A model generated the notes under the pieces. It searched no databases. It was not told where the DNA came from and worked only from the letters and a program-made list of their open reading frames with translations. Position numbers and translations under genes: made by a program. A stretch of DNA of 64,000 bases from Candidatus Methanomethylicia archaeon (GTDB lineage Archaea; Thermoproteota; Methanomethylicia; Nezhaarchaeales; B40-G2): NCBI GenBank assembly GCA_029259155.1, contig JAPDJI010000017.1, positions 64,001 through 128,000 on the forward strand, read 5' to 3'. Position 1 is the stretch's first letter. Each line of letters begins with the position of its first letter. Below, piece after piece: positions 57,906 through 64,000 of the stretch.

Positions 57906-58515
57906 CAACTTCCCTCGTCTTCCCTTCTCTAAGCAGCTTCTCCTCGTCTTCAACTATTTCATGTTTAAGGTACTTTAACAACTGACGTGAAACCACAGGC
58001 TTTCCGTTATCGAGAGGGTAAGCGTAAGGTAGGTATATGGTGACTGGTGGAGCCTTAACGACTAGCCCTCTACGTATATGTAACTCGTTTAACTTAAACC
58101 CCTGTGCCACCTTTAAGGCTAGATACGCAGATCCATCTATGGTAAACTGTTCTCTACCTAGGTTTCTAGCTCTAGCTCTAGGAGCCTTTGAGGTTAACAA
58201 CTTCCATGTCCTTCCTCTTGGAGGATGGCTTCCCAGGATTCCTCCAATAAGGAGGACCGTGGAGGACCCTAGGTCTTCAGGCTTTAACGGTTCTTCGGCC
58301 CTAGGATCTAGTATGATGAGCTCTTCGTGTGGATAAAGCTCTAGTGCGCTTTCCTTAACACTGCTACCTATAACAGACAGGGTTTCTCTATGGCTACTCT
58401 TCTTGACGTTGGTGAACTCGACTCTTTCCTCTAAGAGTTTAGAGGCATGGGCGTACTCTATCCAGAGCCATTTGCTAAGCCAGGGCTCTAAATGTTCTAT
58501 TACCACTTTTACCAT
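57874..58515 (-). CDS. SPOUT methyltransferase, Sfm1-like
   Basis: VIEHLE..W..IEY, ILDP.A..PL.PED, IGGILGSHPPRGRT, RNLG..QFTIDG. Confidence 0.88.
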   Translation of the reverse strand: MVKVVIEHLEPWLSKWLWIEYAHASKLLEERVEFTNVKKSSHRETLSVIGSSVKESALELYPHEELIILDPRAEEPLKPEDLGSSTVLLIGGILGSHPPRGRTWKLLTSKAPRARARNLGREQFTIDGSAYLALKVAQGFKLNELHIRRGLVVKAPPVTIYLPYAYPLDNGKPVVSRQLLKYLKHEIVEDEEKLLREGKTREVVKAKEEVSES

Positions 58516-58542
58516 CTGGCACTACCTCTACGCTGATCCGTT

Positions 58543-58902
58543 TTATGAACGCTCTTTCTCTTCTTTCAATTTAGCTAACTGGTCGAGGATATCTACCCAT
58601 TGTTCAAAAAAGCCTCGATCGAAGTCATCTATTATTGGGCTTCTAGCTTTAGCGGCTATTTCCTCGCGTACCTGCCTTACCTCATCTATAGACATCTGGT
58701 CCTTCGCCCTTAAGAATAAAGTGTCCCTATCTCCGCGTTGCACTGCTATAAAGAGTCCTTGAAGTGCTAGGAACCTACCTTCGGAATACTCGCCCCTTCC
58801 TTTTAGTTCTCCTAGCTTCTCCAGAATCCTAGCAGCTTCTGAGTAGGCTTCGAAGAATAGGCTTCGTAGGTATTGTTTAATTCTCTCTTCGAGCCACGAC
58901 AG
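58543..58902 (-). CDS. Hypothetical helical protein, 119 aa, CTG start
   Basis: Frame is open 53 codons upstream of the tracked GTG; CTG at 58902 lies 8 nt after GGGAGG, just after the RadA-paralog stop. Confidence 0.7.
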   Translation of the reverse strand: MSWLEERIKQYLRSLFFEAYSEAARILEKLGELKGRGEYSEGRFLALQGLFIAVQRGDRDTLFLRAKDQMSIDEVRQVREEIAAKARSPIIDDFDRGFFEQWVDILDQLAKLKEEKERS

Positions 58903-58918
58903 GGCTTAAACCTCCCAG

Positions 58919-59839
58919 TTAAGTTTCCTTTAAGTCTCTAACCCCTTCTTTACACACCTTAAAAAAGACCTCCTCCTCAGGTAGACATAAACTGTTCTCC
59001 AGCTTCGCTAGCCATTCTCCTTCCCTAACCTTACTTAACCTCACCTTAACCAACCCAGCCTCCATTAGAACTCCTCCAGCCGGTATAACCTCCATTTCCC
59101 TTGGCCCTGACACCACCTGATTCGCCAACACTACTGCTACGCCTTTCGCAGCTATCTCCTCTAGATCCTTTAAATGTAAAAGTAGTCTCCACTGCCGCTC
59201 TACTACGTCATCACCGTACTCCACTCTGAATAGGTTGGTAACGGTGTCTACTGCCAGTAACCCTACATGTCTGCTCATCCTGCCAGCCTCTTTCACAGCC
59301 TTTACTTGTTCTTCAACGCTCCTCGGTTGAAAGACCACTATGTTCCTGAGCACGTCGTCTTCATTAAGCCTCAACGCGCTAGCCATTTCTTTGACTCGCT
59401 CAGGTCTAAAGGAGCCCTCCGTATCCACGTACACCGCCTTTAACTCTAACCCTCCTCTTTCCCTAGGGAGTTGAACGTTAACGCATAATTGATGGCATAG
59501 CTGGGTTTTACCTGACGCGAAGCCTCCATAAAACTCGGTTATGACACCGACCTCTACTCCTCCTCCTAGTAAGTTATCGAGAGCTCTACTGCTGGTAGTT
59601 ACCTTTACTCCCTCTTCGACTAAAGCCTCCTCTAAGTTAACTCTCCTTAACCCTATAGCCTCCGCGCTTCTCTTTACTAAGGCTTCAGCCTCTTCAAGGC
59701 GGACCTCGAGGGCCTTAGCCAGGTCAAGAGGAGAGAAGAGCGCTAGCTGGTCAGCAAGGTGTAAGTTAAGTGCTCTTAACTTCTCCACTAAGCTAACCGG
59801 TATCGCTAGATCATCAACTGTTACAGCTTTCCTCCTCAC
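58919..59839 (-). CDS. RadA/Rad51 paralog with N-terminal helical domain
   Basis: LDNLLGGGVE..ITEFYGGFASGKTQLCHQLCVNVQLP, YVDTEGSFRPER; divergent C-terminal half. Confidence 0.85.
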   Translation of the reverse strand: MRRKAVTVDDLAIPVSLVEKLRALNLHLADQLALFSPLDLAKALEVRLEEAEALVKRSAEAIGLRRVNLEEALVEEGVKVTTSSRALDNLLGGGVEVGVITEFYGGFASGKTQLCHQLCVNVQLPRERGGLELKAVYVDTEGSFRPERVKEMASALRLNEDDVLRNIVVFQPRSVEEQVKAVKEAGRMSRHVGLLAVDTVTNLFRVEYGDDVVERQWRLLLHLKDLEEIAAKGVAVVLANQVVSGPREMEVIPAGGVLMEAGLVKVRLSKVREGEWLAKLENSLCLPEEEVFFKVCKEGVRDLKET

Positions 59840-59877
59840 AGCCGCTCAACTTAATTAACTTAAATGTACCTAAAAAT

Positions 59878-61668
59878 TTGAGGTTACAGGGGTTGAGTAT
59901 TAAGGGGTGGAGGGGCCGTCTTCTCGTAGTAGACTTATCGCAACGGTTATTTAAGACCGTTGAGCTAAGCTCCAGGTTGCTTAAAGCTTACATAGGAGGT
60001 AGAGGTTTGGGGGTCAAGATAGTATATGACCATACACCTCGCCGGGTGGACGCCTACCACCCTGATGTACCACTAATCTTTGCTGTAGGCCCTCTAACCG
60101 CTACTCCCTTCTATTCTACAGCTAGGTTCTGCGTAATATCTAAGTCCCCCCTCACAGGTACTCTTTTTGACTCGAGCTGTGGAGGAGAACTTGGACTAGA
60201 GCTTAAGAAAGCTGGTTTCGATGCCCTTATGGTTAAGGGCTCCTCTAAGAGCCTCGTCTCCTTGGTCATCGATGATGAGGACTTCTTGATTAAAGACGCC
60301 GAGGGCTTACGGGGCTACACCACGAAGGCAACTAGAGAAGCCTTGAGGAAAGACTATGGCGAGGAGTTTAAGGTGGCTTGCATAGGCCCTGCCGGGGAGA
60401 ACATGGTTAGGATGGCCTCCATAAATAGCGATGAAGGTCATGTAGCTGGGCGAGGAGGACTAGGGGCGGTGATGGGAGCTAAGGGCCTTAAGGCACTGGT
60501 GGTTAGAGGCTCAAAACCTCTCGAGGTGGCTGATGAGAAAGGGATACGTGAGCTTAATCGCCTAGTGCTGAAGAGAATCAAAAGCAACCCCATAACCGGG
60601 AAGGCGCTACCGGGCCTTGGTACCCTCTTCCTGTTGCAGGTGGTTAATGAACATGGAATGCTTCCTTCACGCAACTTTAAGAACACGAGCTTCGATGAAG
60701 CCTACAAGATCTCGGCTGAGCTTTTCAAGGCTAAGCTGTTCAAACGCAGGAAGGGCTGCTTCAATTGTCCCATTGCCTGTAAACGGGTAGTTAATCTTAA
60801 AGGCGAGGAGCACCCTCAGCCAGAGTTTGAGACTACATGGGCGTTGGGCGCGCTATGCGAGGTAGCTTCACCTGAAGCTCTCGTGGAGCTAAACTCCCTC
60901 TGCAACGACTTAGGTATAGATACCATAAGCATGGGCTCCACGCTGGCCTGTGCCATGGAGCTCTCCGAAGAAGGTCTACTGGATACGCGCGTGACGTGGG
61001 GTGACGTGGAGGCCATGAAGGAGCTCATAGCCGATACGGCTCACCGTAGAGGATTAGGGAGAACGTTGGCTGAAGGGTCGAAGAAGATGGCTGAGCGTCT
61101 AAGCAGGCCTGAGCTTTCAATGAGCGTTAAGGGACTTGAGCTTCCAGCCTATGACCCTAGAGGAGCGTATGGACAGGCTCTTGCTTACGCTACTTCTAAC
61201 CGCGGAGGCTGTCACCTAAGGGCTTACATGATTTCCACAGAGCTTCTAGGTGTACCGATCTTACTAGATAGGCTAAACCCGATTGGCAAAGCTGAACTCG
61301 TAGCTTACTACGAGAACTTCTTGGCGGCTATAGACTCCTTGATCGTATGTAAGTTCCTTTCCCTCGAGCTCGATGACAACATTTTCGCCTCAGCGCTAAG
61401 GATGGCTACAGGTGGGCTTTTCACTAGAGCTGAATTGATTAAGGCTGGGGAGCGTATATGGAACTTGGAACGTCTCTTCAACTTGGAGGAAGGCTTCACG
61501 TCAAGCCACGACACCCTCCCTGAAAGAATACTATCTTCGCCTGGAGCCCCCCCTCTTCAAGCCATGTTAGAAAAGTACTATGAGGTCAGGGGATGGAATA
61601 GAGCTGGGAAGCCTATAGAAGCTAAACTAGAGGAACTAGGTTTGCCCGGTGAACGTATTACTATGTAG
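59878..61668 (+). CDS. Tungsten aldehyde:ferredoxin oxidoreductase family
   Basis: YIGGRGLG, KSPLTG, IGPAGEN, AGRGGLGAVMG.K.LKA, CFNCPIAC, DTISMG, YATSNRGGCH. Confidence 0.93.
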   Translation: MRLQGLSIKGWRGRLLVVDLSQRLFKTVELSSRLLKAYIGGRGLGVKIVYDHTPRRVDAYHPDVPLIFAVGPLTATPFYSTARFCVISKSPLTGTLFDSSCGGELGLELKKAGFDALMVKGSSKSLVSLVIDDEDFLIKDAEGLRGYTTKATREALRKDYGEEFKVACIGPAGENMVRMASINSDEGHVAGRGGLGAVMGAKGLKALVVRGSKPLEVADEKGIRELNRLVLKRIKSNPITGKALPGLGTLFLLQVVNEHGMLPSRNFKNTSFDEAYKISAELFKAKLFKRRKGCFNCPIACKRVVNLKGEEHPQPEFETTWALGALCEVASPEALVELNSLCNDLGIDTISMGSTLACAMELSEEGLLDTRVTWGDVEAMKELIADTAHRRGLGRTLAEGSKKMAERLSRPELSMSVKGLELPAYDPRGAYGQALAYATSNRGGCHLRAYMISTELLGVPILLDRLNPIGKAELVAYYENFLAAIDSLIVCKFLSLELDDNIFASALRMATGGLFTRAELIKAGERIWNLERLFNLEEGFTSSHDTLPERILSSPGAPPLQAMLEKYYEVRGWNRAGKPIEAKLEELGLPGERITM

Positions 61669-61690
61669 GTCTTATGAGAGGTGAAGGTAG

Positions 61691-62284
61691 TTGAAGAACG
61701 TAGTATATGAAATGTTCAGGAAGTATGGAAGGCTGCTGTCCTTACATGGTTATGTGGTTGGCCATGGAGGCAACTTAAGTTTGAGGTCGGGTAACACCAT
61801 GTACATTACTAGGCATGGAGCTAGGCTTGAAGACCTTAGGTTAGAGGACATAATAGCTATTCCCATAGAAGGGGAGTCAAGCTTTGACTCCATAGCTAGT
61901 AGTGAGGTCCTGCTTCACCGAGCTGTTTACCTAAATGGAGCCCAACACTTAGCCATTGTTCACACCCATAGTCCATATGCTGTGGCCATTTCCTTCTTCC
62001 TAGACGAACTGGAACCTCTCGATGCTGAAGCGAGCTACGTACTGAGAAAGGTACCGGTGGTTGAAGGGGAGGCAGGCTCAGTTAAGATGGCGGAGAGGGT
62101 TGCGGAGGCATTAAAGGATTCCCACGCCGTGATAGTGCGAGGACACGGTGTCTTTGCAGCTGCTAAAATGCTAGACGCTGCTTATCGCTATGCCTGTTTG
62201 GTGGAGCGTTCATCGCAGCTCAAGTATCTGGTTGAGGCTTTGAGAGGTTTAGGTTTACGATTTAAGGAGGCTAAGGAGCTGTAA
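61691..62284 (+). CDS. Class II aldolase (FucA-like)
   Basis: GGNLS.R, ASSE..LH..VY, HTHSPY, RGHGV. Confidence 0.88.
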   Translation: MKNVVYEMFRKYGRLLSLHGYVVGHGGNLSLRSGNTMYITRHGARLEDLRLEDIIAIPIEGESSFDSIASSEVLLHRAVYLNGAQHLAIVHTHSPYAVAISFFLDELEPLDAEASYVLRKVPVVEGEAGSVKMAERVAEALKDSHAVIVRGHGVFAAAKMLDAAYRYACLVERSSQLKYLVEALRGLGLRFKEAKEL

Positions 62285-63089
62285 ACTTGGCTTTATGCTT
62301 TTCAATGACGTCTCTAGGGGCTTCACAGAGCTCTATCAATGCCTCCTCTTCTATGAAGTGAAGCCTCCCTGGAAATATTAAGGAGTGTGGAGGAGGTCCA
62401 AAGCTTATCTTCATCAACCTTTCTATGCTTTCGGCTTTAACCGTGGGGCTAAGGGACCCTGCCCTAGCTATGCCCACCACTAAAGTGTTTAGATCCAGTA
62501 CTTTTTCAAGCCTCCTCTCCTCTATGGAGAGGAGTATCTGTAGGGCTTCAGGAATCGACATGTACAACCCTCTTTCCACTTTCAAATCCAACACTAGTAA
62601 GGTGTGGAGCCCTCTCCTCAAGTTCTCCTTCAACACGTCGTAGGGGGTTTCGGGGTAGTAACCTGGCTCAGGGTAGACTACGGTAGCTGTCTTACCAAAC
62701 TTATAGAAAGATAGCCCTACTAGACCAGGAGCGGCAGTAGCTATGGAGGAGGAATGAATAACTCTTGCCTCTACACCAGCTTTCTTAGCTGCTAGACGGA
62801 GAGTTACGTGAGTAGTGGCTATGAAAGGGTCTCCTGGGGTAAGTAGAGCTACGTCCTTTACCTTAGCTTCCTCCACAAGCTTCTTTCCTTTCTCTCCTTC
62901 GAGGTCCTCTCTCGTTAAGACCTCTACTTTCCGTTTTAATAGCTTCTCTAAGTCTTTAATGGTGAAACCCGGCATTAAGCTGGTGTAGTGCTCTACGTAG
63001 ACTTTGTCGCATCGCTTAGCTGTCTCGACGCCCTTGACCGAGAGGTCTAAGGGGTCGTGGAGTCCCATCCCTATGAATGTAAGGACCAA
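62271..63089 (-). CDS. dph5: Diphthine synthase
   Basis: FIGMGL, VEHYTS, GDPFIATTH, YKFGKT, GLHTLLVLD, FGPPPHSLI. Confidence 0.95.
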   Translation of the reverse strand: MVLTFIGMGLHDPLDLSVKGVETAKRCDKVYVEHYTSLMPGFTIKDLEKLLKRKVEVLTREDLEGEKGKKLVEEAKVKDVALLTPGDPFIATTHVTLRLAAKKAGVEARVIHSSSIATAAPGLVGLSFYKFGKTATVVYPEPGYYPETPYDVLKENLRRGLHTLLVLDLKVERGLYMSIPEALQILLSIEERRLEKVLDLNTLVVGIARAGSLSPTVKAESIERLMKISFGPPPHSLIFPGRLHFIEEEALIELCEAPRDVIEKHKAKFTAP

Positions 63090-63099
63090 GCACTCCGCC

Positions 63100-64000
63100 T
63101 CAATGGAGCTCCTTTACCATGTATGGGCTTTCTAAAGGTCTACGGTAACCTAGCCTCCTATAGTATGGTCTTACTCCTACAGCTGAGGTGATGAGTAGCC
63201 TCTTAGCATCGTATTCCTCCCGCGCTATACGTTCAGCTTCACGTAGGAGAGCCGTCCCATAACCTCTATGTTGCCAGGCATCTTTCATCTTCTCGCCGAT
63301 AGGCACTTGTAGCCCATAGACCCTCAGCTCCCTGACGAGCATGGTCCTCTCATCCACTTCAGGTCGATGAGCTTTGGGAGAGGGCATCCTTAACCTAAGG
63401 AAGCCTATGAGCAACCCTCTATCTACTTCTTCGAAGGAAAGGAACTCCTCTACCCCTTCACTAGCTTCATACTTCTCTCTCAGCAGCTTAACCCGGTCGG
63501 GGTCAGCATCTAAACCGTACTTTACCTTAGCTACTCCGACTTCCCTACACCTAATACACTGGCATTTAAGCCCTAAAGCCTCCATCCTTCTAGCCACGAG
63601 CTCCCGTAGATTACTCTTCCTAACCCCAGCGGCTATCAGAGGGGCTGGCACGTCCCTCTGTACACGCATGATTCTAACCCACCTTGGAACCATGGATTTG
63701 ACCTTGCAGAGAAGCTCTATAGCCTCTTCCACCTCCATAGGTTTGTACTCTCCTTTTCTCCACATCTCATAGAGTTCTGAGCCAGGTATAACTAGCGTAG
63801 GATAGATCTTCAGGGCATCTGGCCTAAATCTATGATCTTTAAAGACCGTCTTGAAGGCCTCTAAGTCCATTTCCATCGTCGAGCCCGGTAGCCCCGGCAT
63901 TAGGTGGTAGGTTACCTTCAACCCAGCGTCCTTAAGCCTACGTGTTGCCTCCACCACGTCCTCGACGGTGTGTCCCCTCTTAACGCTTCTTAATATTTCG
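63100..64000 (-). CDS. elp3: Elp3 tRNA uridine(34) acetyltransferase, 3' part (runs off window end)
   Basis: HLMPGLP, KIYPTLV, RVQRD.P, CQCIRCRE, RELRVYG, WQHRGYG. Confidence 0.95.
   Translation of the reverse strand, partial: EILRSVKRGHTVEDVVEATRRLKDAGLKVTYHLMPGLPGSTMEMDLEAFKTVFKDHRFRPDALKIYPTLVIPGSELYEMWRKGEYKPMEVEEAIELLCKVKSMVPRWVRIMRVQRDVPAPLIAAGVRKSNLRELVARRMEALGLKCQCIRCREVGVAKVKYGLDADPDRVKLLREKYEASEGVEEFLSFEEVDRGLLIGFLRLRMPSPKAHRPEVDERTMLVRELRVYGLQVPIGEKMKDAWQHRGYGTALLREAERIAREEYDAKRLLITSAVGVRPYYRRLGYRRPLESPYMVKELH

Noticed and set aside
1-64000. CRISPR arrays, tRNA/rRNA genes, IS elements, integrases
   Set aside because: I saw no spaced repeats, cloverleaf or rRNA-like segments, or transposase/integrase motifs by eye; a tRNAscan or Infernal run would be needed to exclude short RNAs.

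Overview
64 kb of a gene-dense archaeal chromosome. Gene content (TIP49, L35Ae, thermosome pair, Nre, AOR, SufC/B-only Fe-S system, methanogen-type homocysteine genes) points to an anaerobic, probably thermophilic TACK/Thermoproteota archaeon; this placement is inference. Most genes are housekeeping: hom-ACT-thrC, carAB, endA, speH, DUF39-CBS/NIL-ferredoxin/UPF0280, FTR-Trx, thiDN, TIP49 plus two thermosome subunits, DNA ligase, SufCB, Nre with a radical SAM gene, Rqc2, a RadA paralog, AOR, dph5 and elp3. A type IV pilus locus (31475-38670) includes a ~870 aa pilin-anchored beta-propeller/Ig protein. Signals missing from the ORF track: three genes whose N-termini appear to need near-cognate starts (ATC, ACG, CTG); two Cys-rich microproteins and one helical microprotein; a KaiC/RAD55 pseudogene; identical tracts shared by the tandem thermosome genes; an SD-sequestering leader on speH; an operator-like palindrome at the homocysteine operon; a box C/D-like stem-closed element; and an EMC6-like membrane protein. 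I recognised no tRNA, rRNA, CRISPR array or transposase. All family calls come from motif recognition by eye, not database searches.
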